IMG/VR virus record: IMGVR_UViG_3300046115_000049 | Coordinates: 1 to 55,937 of that record | Direction: 5' to 3' (one strand) | Length of the DNA stretch: 55,937 nucleotides | DNA from: a virus | Shown: positions 8,539-18,785 of the stretch, piece by piece | Layout of the letters: each line of letters opens with the position of its first letter | Numbering within the stretch: position 1 is the stretch's first letter | The notes under the pieces: model-generated | The model's database searches: none | Seen by the model: only the letters and a program-made list of their open reading frames with translations | Told to the model about the DNA's origin: nothing | Translations under genes and position numbers: made by a program

Positions 8539-9126
8539 TTACAGGAATTCGAGCGCCCGGCTCACCCAGCCGTTAAGATTCTCAAGGTTCGTAGTTGCGT
8601 TCGTCTCGCGGAATTTAGCGACATCCGCATCCCGCAGCGCCACCTTAATATAGAAGCTGACCCGCATCTTGGCCACCAATTTGTAGACCGTCTTGGTGAG
8701 CCCGCTGTTCGACTCCATCCGTTCGCGCAGCGCCCGATGCGTCTCTGCGCCGTAGTGACCGTCCACTAATACTTTGTCCGCTCCCATCGTCCGCAGCACT
8801 GACTGTATGGCCTTAGTCGGGTCGTCCGGTCCAGATGTCGTAGCCCAGTCGAACATGAGCACGAACAGGTCCTCATTCAGCTGGCGTACCGGCATTATAG
8901 GTCCGGCTATCGAGTCGGTCAGGAATTCGTGTGCCTGCTTCTCGGTCAGCTTCGGGAAGTCGATCGGCGTAATCGGTGACCGTCCGCGAGTTCGCGCCCA
9001 CGCCGCGTAGTTCGAGAACGTGATTCCGCCCTTGGTAAGTCCACCGTCATCTGCTGGCCGATTCGTGACTTCGGGCCAGCCCTCGCGATGCAAAATATCG
9101 ACAATGATGGAGTCGAGCGCAATCAT
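8539..9126 (-). CDS. Endolysin, glycoside hydrolase family 108-like muramidase with a PG_binding_3-like C-terminus
   Basis: The motif HREGWPEVTNRPADDGGLTKGGIT matches the GH108 EGG...D.GG.T..GI pattern, and VLVDGHYGAETHRAL resembles the peptidoglycan-binding repeat. ATG at 9126 lies 2 nt after the upstream stop. Confidence 0.7.
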   Translation of the reverse strand: MIALDSIIVDILHREGWPEVTNRPADDGGLTKGGITFSNYAAWARTRGRSPITPIDFPKLTEKQAHEFLTDSIAGPIMPVRQLNEDLFVLMFDWATTSGPDDPTKAIQSVLRTMGADKVLVDGHYGAETHRALRERMESNSGLTKTVYKLVAKMRVSFYIKVALRDADVAKFRETNATTNLENLNGWVSRALEFL

Positions 9127-9128
9127 GG

Positions 9129-9743
9129 CTACGACGCCTTGAATAAGACGGTGAACGCGATATTCCAATCGTCGGTAGCGGCGGAGAAGGCACTACCGTT
9201 AGGGTGAGTGATGGTAATAAACGTGCCGCTCGCAGCTACCTGACAGACACCATCGATGGTGAGCGCGGTAGTGGATGTCTGGCCGACTAGGCACGCGTCG
9301 GCGACGGCCTCCTGCGCGGTGAGGGAATTGGGCAACGTGATACGTAGCTCATTGGGTGGACCAGCGGTAGTCGTATTGTTGAGTTTAACCGTCCAGTACA
9401 GCGTATCGCCGACCATGCGGTACGAGTCGGTTGCCACGTCGCCCGAGGCGACTGTCCACGAGCCGGTATCCGCGGTGAAATTACCCGCCACGAATGCACG
9501 AGTCTGCGTCGCCCCCATCGCGAATCCGCGACTACGCTCCGAAATCGTGGATGACGACGCGATCAGACCAGACCTGATGCCGCCAGTGCACGTCGACGAG
9601 GTAACTGCGCACCCTACCTTTAGTGATTCCGAGCTGGTGGAGATGGTATTGACGGTCGAGAATACGCCCGGTCGCTGCTGCGCGAACAGCACAGCGACAG
9701 CGGCGAATACGAACACGATAGCGAGTAGCGTCGTCTTACGCAT
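9129..9743 (-). CDS. Predicted secreted protein (Sec signal peptide), beta-rich
   Basis: The N-terminus is MRKTTLLAIVFVFAAVAVLFA|QQ. The rest is Thr/Ser/Gly rich. The gene lies between the tail fibre and the endolysin. Confidence 0.55.
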   Translation of the reverse strand: MRKTTLLAIVFVFAAVAVLFAQQRPGVFSTVNTISTSSESLKVGCAVTSSTCTGGIRSGLIASSSTISERSRGFAMGATQTRAFVAGNFTADTGSWTVASGDVATDSYRMVGDTLYWTVKLNNTTTAGPPNELRITLPNSLTAQEAVADACLVGQTSTTALTIDGVCQVAASGTFITITHPNGSAFSAATDDWNIAFTVLFKAS

Positions 9744-9761
9744 CGATAAGCCCCTTTCGAA

Positions 9762-10463
9762 CTAGCTAACCTTGATGATCTTGAAGTTCCACAGGTACGC
9801 AGCCCCTGCCGCTACGCCTACCCGCGTCTTGATACCAAACCGGACCGGTGAACCGCCTGATCCGAGCGCGGCGGGAGCGAATGCGGCGGACTGCGCAAGT
9901 ACGCCAACCGTCGAGCTCGACGAGATCTCCGCGATGGAGCCAGCTGGGTTGCCATCGAGATTGACCAGTTTGCCTAGCCCCACCAGTGGTCCAGCGCCAT
10001 CCAGCATGACCATGCCCTCGATAATGTACGTACCGGTAGGCAGATCGTCCGGGTCGATGGACCAGATACCCGTACCGGCGTGGCAATCGGTATACGTACC
10101 CCCGGCCGTATACGACGCGGAAGTAACCGGAGACTCGGGGGAGCCGCCGAAGCTGAAGAATTCGCCCAGCCCTTGAGCGCCCATGAAGTTGCTGGCCGGG
10201 ATGTCATCCTGCGTGCGCACTAGTGTATCATCTGAACGGCGAAGGGTATACTTGTACGAGTTTCCGTCCGCCAAGTACACTACGCAACGTCCAGCGGCGT
10301 CAAGTATGATAGGGTTGGCATTCGGGGTAGAAAGGGCAACATCCGAATGCGTGGTTTTGGGAGTCGTGGTGCCGGGGACGTAGGTGTATAGCTTGCCGCC
10401 CGCGAGGATGGAACCATCATCGTCAAGAAACGTAAGCCATGGGACAGGGGAGAGAGTTGACAT
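9762..10463 (-). CDS. Tail fibre / tail spike N-terminal-type protein
   Basis: The N-terminus is PWLTFLDDDGSILAGGKLYTYVPGTTTPKTTHSD...NPIILDAAGR.VVYL, the widespread podovirus fibre N-terminal pattern (F.D..G.PL.GG.LYTY.AGTTTP...NP..LD..G). Confidence 0.65.
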   Translation of the reverse strand: MSTLSPVPWLTFLDDDGSILAGGKLYTYVPGTTTPKTTHSDVALSTPNANPIILDAAGRCVVYLADGNSYKYTLRRSDDTLVRTQDDIPASNFMGAQGLGEFFSFGGSPESPVTSASYTAGGTYTDCHAGTGIWSIDPDDLPTGTYIIEGMVMLDGAGPLVGLGKLVNLDGNPAGSIAEISSSSTVGVLAQSAAFAPAALGSGGSPVRFGIKTRVGVAAGAAYLWNFKIIKVS

Positions 10464-10466
10464 CGC

Positions 10467-13349
10467 CTATTTACCTTTGCCCTTCTTGGTCACTACATTC
10501 AATGGTGCGCCCCACGGTGTCTTCAGCTTAGTGCCGGGCATCACCGCATAGGCAGGAGACTGATGATCGAAGCCGGGACCGATATAGCGCACCGCGCCCA
10601 CTCTAATTTTCTTGATAAGATCGGTTCCTAGTATAGGTAAATCGTGTTGATCCATGATCTCGTTGCGTAGCTCATACCCATCGAAGTCCCCTGATTCCAA
10701 CTTATCGAGCAGGCCGCGCACCTCACGTTGCCGCTCAATGCCTACCTTGCTGTGTGGGTTCTTGATGATCCGCTCAAACTCTGCACGAATAGCGTCGGCG
10801 TATTTCTTGGGGACCTTGGTTCCTCCCCCTGTCAAGTCCAGCACATCTACCCCCGAGATTAGTACCGGGGTAACGTTGGCGCCGGGTTTATTCCCTGCCC
10901 ATGCGCTAGCCGGAACCGCATCTTCTGCGAAATGAACGGCACCCGGCAAAAAACTAGAGGTTCCTCCGGGATAAATATTCCCCACTATCTCAACAGGGGC
11001 ACCGTGATAAGCGCGCTTACCGGCCAACTCGGTCGCGGCGGACTTGTGAAGCGTTGGCTTATTCCCAAGATCCAATTGATCCTTCGTCGATACAGGCTCC
11101 AGAATCGACTGGTCCAGCACATGCGTACTCCATCTACCCCAAGTCTTCCTGCGAACTAGTTTGTATCCCGCTCGCTTTAGGTGCAGCATCTCGCGGTGCC
11201 GTAACCCCGGTAAGACTTCTAATAACGTGTCGTAACTGATGCCCCCCTTAACTTTACGCAATCCTTCGTCAACTCCTACATTGCGCACCGCCGCATTAAT
11301 ATCCGAGATTATAGAATTGACTGCTTTCCTAGCCGTATTAGCGGCGTCCATCAAGGTAGCCGACACCCCGCCTACCTCGTCGGTTATACCTTGCAGCGGT
11401 CCAGATTCTACAGCTGCGATAATCTTCTTGGCGTCCTCCACACTAACAACTGCGTTCCGCACATCTGTAGTGTACTCTTTGGTTGAGTCATGGTAGTGCT
11501 TGTGCGTCTCTCTGGTGACTTCCTCACGGATAATAAGTGTCTCACCGGGAGCGGCATCCTTAACGTGGTACTTGTGAACATACCGCTGCCCCCGTGATTC
11601 GCTCATTAGTACACTTGTGTGGACATCCAGTTCATTGAAATCACCCTTATTGATAGGGGCATTGGGATCGATGCTCTCACTGACACTGTACATCGTAATC
11701 GGGTCCTTGACCCGCCGCTTGGTCCCCTTGGTAGGCGGGAGGGCCGCGTTACCCGACCGGATAGTGGTGCTTGATTCCACCTCTATAGGTACGAATTTAC
11801 GCGCTGCGTAATCGAACGTTGTTGTATTACCCCTAATACTATCCTCCGCACTTCTCCCTGTTGTAATGATGACTTTTTCACCGCCCGGTCCTCTACCGGT
11901 GATCGTGACTCGCGGAGTCATGAAGGCCACTCCCTTAGAGCCCTTAAGTTTTTCCACTTTTGCTACTACATTGGTAAGCGCATCCCCTGTGGCCTTGGTG
12001 TACTCTTTAGCGGTAGCGCGGATCAGCCCCTCCATATCACCGGCTCTCGCACTATCCATAGTGTACGCCGGTAAGCTAATCTCTCTAATCCGTGAATCAG
12101 TACTAGTCTTGGTGTACGCATTAGACCAACGAGGATTAGGATAATACGCCGTTTCTACCTTAGCGCTTACGCCTTCAGCTAATAGCTTCTCCGCTTTGGC
12201 TGTAGTCTCAGTGGCCCCGAATGTGCGCGCCTTGCCTGGGTCTGATACCCACGACGAGTGCGCCCCAAGGTACTTACCGGTTTCCTCGTTCTTAAAGATG
12301 TATCCGGTCGTGGCCGGGCGCACCTTATCGTGCCCCTCAGCATACAACGACCGTGACAACCCGCGTCTCCATCCTTCGCGCACACGAGTACTAGCTGTTG
12401 TAGTAGAACTGCCTAGTGGATTAGCGGCAGCGCTAGCCGCTGTTAGCTCCTTCCACCCTACCGCCTTGGCTAACGTGGCGTTAGCCTTTACTAGGCTCGC
12501 CTTTGCCGCTTCTAGCGGGACAACCGTACCTACCGTAGTAGCACCCGTCGTAGCGGCCGTTGCTACCGCCGTCTCCGCCGACTTGATCGCCTTCGTCAGC
12601 CGTGCCACCAATTTCGCTACCGCTCGTGCCTCCTGCGCGTTGGTCCACTTTACTACTCCAGTGATAATAGGAGCAATGGGAGCCATCGGCGGTGCTACCG
12701 CTGCTATCGCTGCGGGTAGCTCCATCGCTAATACGGCCTTCACTGCAGTAGGGGCGGTGGCAGCAGTCTGAATAAATTTGCGTCGCGTCATTTCACCTAG
12801 CGGTCCGCCCGCCTTGTCGCCCAATTCGGTAGCGGCAGACGCGGCGTGGGCGGATTCCGGCATCGCGACTCGCTTGACGGCCTCCTCAGCTGGTTTAAAC
12901 AACTTGGAGAAGAACCCGCGACGCGATTCCAGATCCGTAGCGGCGGTGCGCTTAATCTCGGCCTTGACTACATCGGCTGGAATGATGACATCGCCAGCCT
13001 TGTTGACATACGCACCGCGCGGCGCATCCGGGGGCAGTGCGCCGCCCTCGTTCTTAGCGCGACCCGGGTTCTCCCCGCCGACCAATCGGGATAGCGTGGA
13101 CTGTGGCGGACGAGGAGTTGGTAGATCGAACTCGCGGGGCGGATCGATCTTGCGCTCCGCCGTCGCTACTACTGGCTCTATGTTCGACGGCTCTTCCCAG
13201 TCAGTCCAGTCAATCGTTACCGACTTGTCCTTGCGCATGTCGGTGACTTGGATACCTGCTGCCTTTAGCCGCTCCAGCGGATTGTATTCGGAGGGTGAGT
13301 CTACTGCACGACTAACGGCGGGGTAGGCGCGTTCGTCTAGCACGTCCAC
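10467..13349 (-). CDS. Large virion-associated (ejection / polyvalent-type) protein with a possible ART-like C-terminal domain
   Basis: 960 aa, GTG start after gagga. Size and position fit podovirus internal/ejection proteins. The C-terminal block AYHGAP...LPGAVHFAED...ASAWAG...VTPVLISGVDVLDLTGGG resembles the YHG..hF...A..YA...V..lDl pattern of polyvalent-protein ADP-ribosyltransferase-like domains (recalled, not searched). Confidence 0.45.
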   Translation of the reverse strand: MDVLDERAYPAVSRAVDSPSEYNPLERLKAAGIQVTDMRKDKSVTIDWTDWEEPSNIEPVVATAERKIDPPREFDLPTPRPPQSTLSRLVGGENPGRAKNEGGALPPDAPRGAYVNKAGDVIIPADVVKAEIKRTAATDLESRRGFFSKLFKPAEEAVKRVAMPESAHAASAATELGDKAGGPLGEMTRRKFIQTAATAPTAVKAVLAMELPAAIAAVAPPMAPIAPIITGVVKWTNAQEARAVAKLVARLTKAIKSAETAVATAATTGATTVGTVVPLEAAKASLVKANATLAKAVGWKELTAASAAANPLGSSTTTASTRVREGWRRGLSRSLYAEGHDKVRPATTGYIFKNEETGKYLGAHSSWVSDPGKARTFGATETTAKAEKLLAEGVSAKVETAYYPNPRWSNAYTKTSTDSRIREISLPAYTMDSARAGDMEGLIRATAKEYTKATGDALTNVVAKVEKLKGSKGVAFMTPRVTITGRGPGGEKVIITTGRSAEDSIRGNTTTFDYAARKFVPIEVESSTTIRSGNAALPPTKGTKRRVKDPITMYSVSESIDPNAPINKGDFNELDVHTSVLMSESRGQRYVHKYHVKDAAPGETLIIREEVTRETHKHYHDSTKEYTTDVRNAVVSVEDAKKIIAAVESGPLQGITDEVGGVSATLMDAANTARKAVNSIISDINAAVRNVGVDEGLRKVKGGISYDTLLEVLPGLRHREMLHLKRAGYKLVRRKTWGRWSTHVLDQSILEPVSTKDQLDLGNKPTLHKSAATELAGKRAYHGAPVEIVGNIYPGGTSSFLPGAVHFAEDAVPASAWAGNKPGANVTPVLISGVDVLDLTGGGTKVPKKYADAIRAEFERIIKNPHSKVGIERQREVRGLLDKLESGDFDGYELRNEIMDQHDLPILGTDLIKKIRVGAVRYIGPGFDHQSPAYAVMPGTKLKTPWGAPLNVVTKKGKGK

Positions 13350-13456
13350 GCTGCCGTCCTCACGGATAAGAACAACAGTATCGCGTTTGCCAGCTGGAGT
13401 GCGCTGTATCGGTTGGGTTGTTTCTCCGCCAGCGGCCCCCTCGGGCTCGGTGGCGG

Positions 13457-15775
13457 CTACCGTTTTGGGAGTTCGACCTTACTCCCATCTGGCTTGATAA
13501 TACGGATACCTCTTGCGTCCGCGCCCATGTACTCACGAGCGCGCTTCATCGCGGCGTTCATGTCGTCGAACGTACCAACTACGCGGGTCGGGGATACAGC
13601 GAAGTCGATTTCTACGCCGAACTTACCTGTCGTCTTGCCGGATTTCGCGGTCAGCTGATCGGCGGCGGTCGCCTTCTTACCGCTACCCGACAATCCTTCC
13701 ACCAACCCGCCGCTAAACGTATCCGTCAGTTGTGATCCTACCACACTGACCTTATATCCATTGCCCTCCAACGCCTCAACCGCCGATTTCACGTCACGAA
13801 TACTGGCGTCTGACAGAATGCCGCTTACCTCACGACCATCCGCCGCCTTGAAGTGCAGGTCCGGTCCGAACTCGGTAACGCCCTCACCTACCTGAATCTG
13901 TACACTCTTGGGTCGAGTCTTCTCCCTGCCGGTGTTGATAGCGTCGTCCGGACTAACGTAGGTAATATTCGTCTTGCCGGGTCCCGGTACGCTACCCGCC
14001 TCGTTGTCGCTTCGCCGGATTCGCGCCGCTGCCGCTCTTACCGCCTCTTTCATCTCCTTCGTTACGTTCATACCCAATGTCTTCGAGATTCGCGACAGTT
14101 CGAATTCCGCCAGCGCCCCCTTATTGCGACGCAGTGCGTCGGCCATCCTCGCGAGTGCGCGAGACACCCCCACCTGCGAGGTTACCCCGGATGTAGCCGC
14201 AGCGTCAATAATCGGGAGAAGCACTACTCCAGCTATAGCCCCGGGCACGCCACCGTACGCTCCACCAGCGATGCCTCCAGCAATCGCCTCCACAGTGCGG
14301 CGTCCGGTAGCGGGTTGCACAGTTCGTGCCTCCTCAGCCGCGTCCATTACCGACTGCGCTGACCGGTACAGGTGGTATCTCGTATTGGCAGGTTTCAGAC
14401 TCGGGTGAACGCTGACTACCGCGTCTCGCAGCGCCTGTTCCGCCGCCGCCCATCCGTGTCCCTCACCGCGCAACGCGAGGTAGTCCGCAGCGGTCTGCGG
14501 CGTATAAACCTTCTTAGCGCCATCGCCCCACGCCATCGCCAAGTTACGGGCATCGACGGGATTCATGCGGTCGCCCTGATGGGTGATCTCGGCAAGCGCC
14601 GTATTCAGTGCCTTTATCCTCTCCGTCCGCATGGCTGGGGTGATGGTGACTTCCATCTCCTTCGCGAACGGTGCCTTCTCGCCCGTCTTTCCGGCAGGTA
14701 AGTCTACCACCCCCTCGTATTGCGCCTTAGGCTGCAGCCTCGCGATTTCCGCCTTGATCGCCGCCCTGATTGGCGCGAGCGGAATAGAGTTAGCTGGGGT
14801 GGCGGGAATCTCCTCGTACGCGCGGTTCAACTCCGTAACCGCCTCTTCGGCCTTGATGGTCACCTTCTCGTGTAACTGGGCACGGCTGGTCGCACCGAGA
14901 TCCGGATCGCGGAGTAGCGCGGGCGCGTCCTTCTTCGCCATGCGGCCGAACATGACCTTATCCTTGCCGGTAGTCGGGGCCATTACCTTCGCCATGCCCG
15001 TATTCGCCACACGGTCCATCGCGTTGGCGACCTTGGGGATGGCCGCAGCGCCCTTATGAACCGCGCCCACCGCGCTAGATGGCGATACCGACGTGGCGAG
15101 AAGTCCAACCGCTTCTCCTAGTCCCCCCGCCACGTCCCCCGATACGATCTTCTCCGCCGCTGCCGCTGCCGGGGGTCCAACCAACGGTGTTAGCGCTGCT
15201 GCTGCGTGCCCCGCCGCCCGCATTATTCCCGCATTCCGTCCCATCGACCCTTCCGGCTGCAGCATCGCTTCCTTATACAACCGCTGCGCCGTCGTCATCT
15301 CCCCTACCTGTGCCGCCCCCATTCGCACGGCCAGCTTAGTGCTCATTCGTGTTGCTGCCATTCCGGGCGTCCACAGATCCTTCATCCCCTCCGCGAACAA
15401 GTCCTTCATCAGGGGGATCGGGTTCATCGAGTTCACGATACCGCCGAGGAATCGCTTGATCGGTCCGGCCTGCTCCTCGGGCAGGTCGAGATCAATGTCG
15501 ATGTCCAGCGACGAGAGTGGGTCGTCCGGACCGGCTACCCCCGCCGTTCCCGCGCCTTGAGGGCGACCCGCACCGCTGCCGCCCCCACCTGCACCGGGAC
15601 CCGGGCCTCCCGTGCGTCCTCCCGGAATTGGGGTAACGCCGCTGGGGCCAGCGGGACCGGGAGCCGGTGGTACCTGCGAGGTGGGGGCGGTAGGGGCCTT
15701 AGGTGCGAATATCGGTCGCCCATTCGCGTCGTAACCTAGGAACTGACCCGGATCTTGAGAAGTGTCAATCGCCAC
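13457..15775 (-). CDS. Internal virion / ejection protein (Gly/Pro-rich N-terminus, Ala-rich hydrophobic core region)
   Basis: 772-aa ORF within the run of large genes downstream of the head-completion genes. No enzymatic motif was recognised. Confidence 0.5.
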   Translation of the reverse strand: MAIDTSQDPGQFLGYDANGRPIFAPKAPTAPTSQVPPAPGPAGPSGVTPIPGGRTGGPGPGAGGGGSGAGRPQGAGTAGVAGPDDPLSSLDIDIDLDLPEEQAGPIKRFLGGIVNSMNPIPLMKDLFAEGMKDLWTPGMAATRMSTKLAVRMGAAQVGEMTTAQRLYKEAMLQPEGSMGRNAGIMRAAGHAAAALTPLVGPPAAAAAEKIVSGDVAGGLGEAVGLLATSVSPSSAVGAVHKGAAAIPKVANAMDRVANTGMAKVMAPTTGKDKVMFGRMAKKDAPALLRDPDLGATSRAQLHEKVTIKAEEAVTELNRAYEEIPATPANSIPLAPIRAAIKAEIARLQPKAQYEGVVDLPAGKTGEKAPFAKEMEVTITPAMRTERIKALNTALAEITHQGDRMNPVDARNLAMAWGDGAKKVYTPQTAADYLALRGEGHGWAAAEQALRDAVVSVHPSLKPANTRYHLYRSAQSVMDAAEEARTVQPATGRRTVEAIAGGIAGGAYGGVPGAIAGVVLLPIIDAAATSGVTSQVGVSRALARMADALRRNKGALAEFELSRISKTLGMNVTKEMKEAVRAAAARIRRSDNEAGSVPGPGKTNITYVSPDDAINTGREKTRPKSVQIQVGEGVTEFGPDLHFKAADGREVSGILSDASIRDVKSAVEALEGNGYKVSVVGSQLTDTFSGGLVEGLSGSGKKATAADQLTAKSGKTTGKFGVEIDFAVSPTRVVGTFDDMNAAMKRAREYMGADARGIRIIKPDGSKVELPKR

Positions 15776-15778
15776 GCG

Positions 15779-17440
15779 TTACTCCTGTACTCCTGCGGGA
15801 ACCCAACGACCGACGGTAGCGTCCCATTTCATACGACCACGGGGAGAGTTCCAGATCTGGGTCTTATCGGCTGGGGGAGTCGCCTCGATAGTCGGGCCGA
15901 TGGTGACGTTGCCGCCCGTACCGGTAGCTCCGCTATCCGGAGCGAACGTAGACGGGGTTTCGGTGATGCGGGCACGGATGGCGTTGATCTGCTGCTGGGT
16001 AGACTCTTTACGGTTGCGGGCATCACGAAGAAGAATTCGCGCAACCGAGTATACCTGCCGCAGCGTGTAATCCGACTTGAGAATCTGCTCGATCTCATTA
16101 CGGCCGGTATCGGTAAGCTGGCCAACGAGACGCGGGTTCTGAATGATGCGGGCGAACTCAGGAATGATGACGCTGCGAGCGGCGTTGACCGCCGCCTGTT
16201 CGGGGCTACCCAATAGATTCACATCAATAGCCCGAAGCGGACGATTGATGAGTGGGGAACCGGCATCAATCATTTTCTTGGCCGCGCCGAGATAGACGTT
16301 GAGATTCTTCTCGGCGGTCTGCTCGAACGCGGTGATGGCATCTAGCATCTTCTGCATTTCACCGAGCGCGAGGTTGTTGGCGCGGAATGCGGCCTGCTGA
16401 TCGGCGAGATTAAGATTGGCGTACGCATCACTGGCGCGGTTGATGATCTGCGCCTTCATCTTCTTGGCGCCCTCACCGTACCCTAGCGCCGGTAGTACCC
16501 CTGTTCGCGCGAACTGATTCGCCATCATGTCGATCGATGCTTGAGTAAGATTGGTAGCGTCGAGTTCGCTCTTTTCCTCTTTAGCCTGCCGCGACCACTC
16601 CTGTGACTCGTTTGTTCGCTGCGCCTGCGTCATGCCCAGCAACCGCGCCTTCTCGACCGCCCCTCTAGAGAAGGCGGGGTCGAACTTATCAATGATGGAC
16701 TTACGAATGCCGGTTGGGACACCGGTCATGGCGACTTCAAAGATCTGGAATCCCTGCTTCCAATCCTCTTCATTCGTGGCCAGCGACATGTACTCGCTCA
16801 TATCGGTGGTCCACTTACTGACCAGCTCTGGTACCTTTGTTTCCCAATCTTGTGCGTCCTTCGCCGCGTTGCGCGTCCATTCGATAGTCTGGCCGATACG
16901 CTCGAATACAGCCTTCTGAGCGGCCATCTGTTCAGTAGCAGTACGTCCGGCTGACACTAGTTGGGTCATGACGTCACGATCGAACGTAGGTCCCATCATA
17001 GAGGAGTACTTCTCACCGACCAGATCCTTGATCTGAGGTTGTACTCTAGCAAACGCGGTGTCGGGGTCCGGAGAGTCGAGGACCGACTGAGCAAGCTGGG
17101 AGGCTAGGGACAATCTAGACTTGTTGGCTTCAAGAGTAGACTTGTACTCGTCGGCCATCCCCTTCTTCCATGTGTACAGCCGCGTCTGGAAGTCCGCTGC
17201 TGCATTCCCTCGCCCCAGCGAGTAGAGATCGTACAGCACGGCATCGTAGTCGATATCCGTGCCGTTCTGCTTGGCCATCGCCGCGTGACGTTTGAGGGCG
17301 GCACCGATGATGGCGTCGTCCTTCATCTTCTCGTCGCGCTCACGAGTCTGAGATTCGACCTCGCGGATACGGGTCATGCCCGCTTTCATATTCATCAGGT
17401 CGCCGACGAGCGCGAGTGGATTCTGCTGCTGCTCTGGCAT
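15779..17440 (-). CDS. Internal virion / ejection protein (helical, coiled-coil rich)
   Basis: 553-aa ORF, tightly packed with its neighbours. Confidence 0.5.
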   Translation of the reverse strand: MPEQQQNPLALVGDLMNMKAGMTRIREVESQTRERDEKMKDDAIIGAALKRHAAMAKQNGTDIDYDAVLYDLYSLGRGNAAADFQTRLYTWKKGMADEYKSTLEANKSRLSLASQLAQSVLDSPDPDTAFARVQPQIKDLVGEKYSSMMGPTFDRDVMTQLVSAGRTATEQMAAQKAVFERIGQTIEWTRNAAKDAQDWETKVPELVSKWTTDMSEYMSLATNEEDWKQGFQIFEVAMTGVPTGIRKSIIDKFDPAFSRGAVEKARLLGMTQAQRTNESQEWSRQAKEEKSELDATNLTQASIDMMANQFARTGVLPALGYGEGAKKMKAQIINRASDAYANLNLADQQAAFRANNLALGEMQKMLDAITAFEQTAEKNLNVYLGAAKKMIDAGSPLINRPLRAIDVNLLGSPEQAAVNAARSVIIPEFARIIQNPRLVGQLTDTGRNEIEQILKSDYTLRQVYSVARILLRDARNRKESTQQQINAIRARITETPSTFAPDSGATGTGGNVTIGPTIEATPPADKTQIWNSPRGRMKWDATVGRWVPAGVQE

Positions 17441-17451
17441 GGATTATCCGC

Positions 17452-18423
17452 CTAGCTAGGAACACCAAACAATGTCGGGTCAACGTACGGGAGTCCGGGA
17501 GGCTGACCGCCGGGGCCGAGAATGTTGCTAGCCAGCGGAATCGTTCCCCACTGACTGCCTGCGTTGCCGAACATGTTGCCCCACAACGTCCCTTGTGCTA
17601 CCTGACTACCGGCGGTAGAGCGACCGCTATTTAGCCACAAGTCGCTCATCGTGCCGTGAGTCGCAGAGCCGAGTTGGTCTAGGTTACCGAGCGCGTTCGA
17701 CCCTACCCCCATCAGTGCCAGCAGCCGCGCGAACTGGTCATTCTGGTTAGAACGGAACGAGGCCTCGTCCATCGCGTACGCCTGCGTCCCCATCTGCCAG
17801 TCCATACCAGCGGAGCGGAAGATGTTTTCGGCATCAGCGAGATACGCGTTGAACTCGCGATCGCGATCGTCGATGTAGGTACGGTACTCGCGATCAAAGA
17901 CCTTTGAGTACTCGGACGAGGCGTAGTCCTGCGCGTAGTCCTCGAACGCCTTAGCGACGTCGCCGCCGCGAATGCCTTGTGCACTCGCCCGATTCTGTAA
18001 GGTATCGAGTCCTTGCTCCAACCGGAACTTGTAGCCCGGATCGTTCGTCTCACTCAGCACCGGTGCCTCGAAATCGGCGAACGTGAATGGGGCGATATGG
18101 GGCGCATGGTACACCGGGGCCTCGCGATCCCACGGCGTCATCAGTGATCCCATCGTATAGTCGAATTGACCACCCGGTAAGTCGGGTTGCACACCTTGAC
18201 CGGGGATAGGGTTACCGAAGTACGCCCGATTCCTTTCAACCGGTAACCCGTACATGTCATTGTCGGACATGCCACCATTGGGAATAACTCCCGGCATCCG
18301 ACGAGGCCCACCGGGACCGGCGTCGTATGGGTTATCCCCTACCGTGGACGGCGCGTACATACGACGAATGCTCGTCGCGTTGTCGTCGCGGTAGTCCAGC
18401 ATAGAGTCAACGTCGTACGCCAT
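17452..18423 (-). CDS. Virion internal protein
   Basis: Start chosen at ATG 18423 (MAYDVDSMLDY...), which overlaps the upstream stop by 1 nt (TAATG). 323 aa. The block DPGYKFRLEQGLDTLQNRASAQGIRGGDVAKAFEDYAQDYASSEY resembles blocks seen in podovirus internal proteins. Confidence 0.5.
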   Translation of the reverse strand: MAYDVDSMLDYRDDNATSIRRMYAPSTVGDNPYDAGPGGPRRMPGVIPNGGMSDNDMYGLPVERNRAYFGNPIPGQGVQPDLPGGQFDYTMGSLMTPWDREAPVYHAPHIAPFTFADFEAPVLSETNDPGYKFRLEQGLDTLQNRASAQGIRGGDVAKAFEDYAQDYASSEYSKVFDREYRTYIDDRDREFNAYLADAENIFRSAGMDWQMGTQAYAMDEASFRSNQNDQFARLLALMGVGSNALGNLDQLGSATHGTMSDLWLNSGRSTAGSQVAQGTLWGNMFGNAGSQWGTIPLASNILGPGGQPPGLPYVDPTLFGVPS

Positions 18424-18785
18424 TAGTTCACCCGTCCGTACAGCGCCCGGTTGCCCCCACTCATGAACCGAGGTACTGCCATTCCGGGACCTTGCTGCAT
18501 CGACGGCATCGGCGGCGGTCCCCCTTGTGGCATCATACCGGGCGGAAGCATCAGTCGTCCCATCAACGATGCCGCGCCTTGGCCTAAGTTGATGTACGGC
18601 GAATATGCCTCTCGCTGTTGGCCCCAAAGCTGTTGCTGCAGCGACATGGCTCGGTTGATCGCGGCCTGTTGCGACTTGTTCGCGTTACTGGCCGCACGTG
18701 ATTGCATTGCGGACGACGCTACCGACCCAGCGGTACTCGCCGCTGCCAACCCGACTAACGCCATCGTAGTGCCGATCATGACCAC
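18423..18785 (-). CDS. Small membrane-anchored virion/ejection-module protein
   Basis: 120 aa with the N-terminal hydrophobic helix MVMIGTTMALVGLAAASTAGSVA and a Gln/Pro/Met-rich tail. Confidence 0.45.
   Translation of the reverse strand: MVMIGTTMALVGLAAASTAGSVASSAMQSRAASNANKSQQAAINRAMSLQQQLWGQQREAYSPYINLGQGAASLMGRLMLPPGMMPQGGPPPMPSMQQGPGMAVPRFMSGGNRALYGRVN

Noticed and set aside
9762-10463. Diversity-generating retroelement or phase-variable tail fibre
   Set aside because: No reverse transcriptase gene, no template/variable repeat pair and no invertase or inverted-repeat cassette was seen anywhere in the genome.
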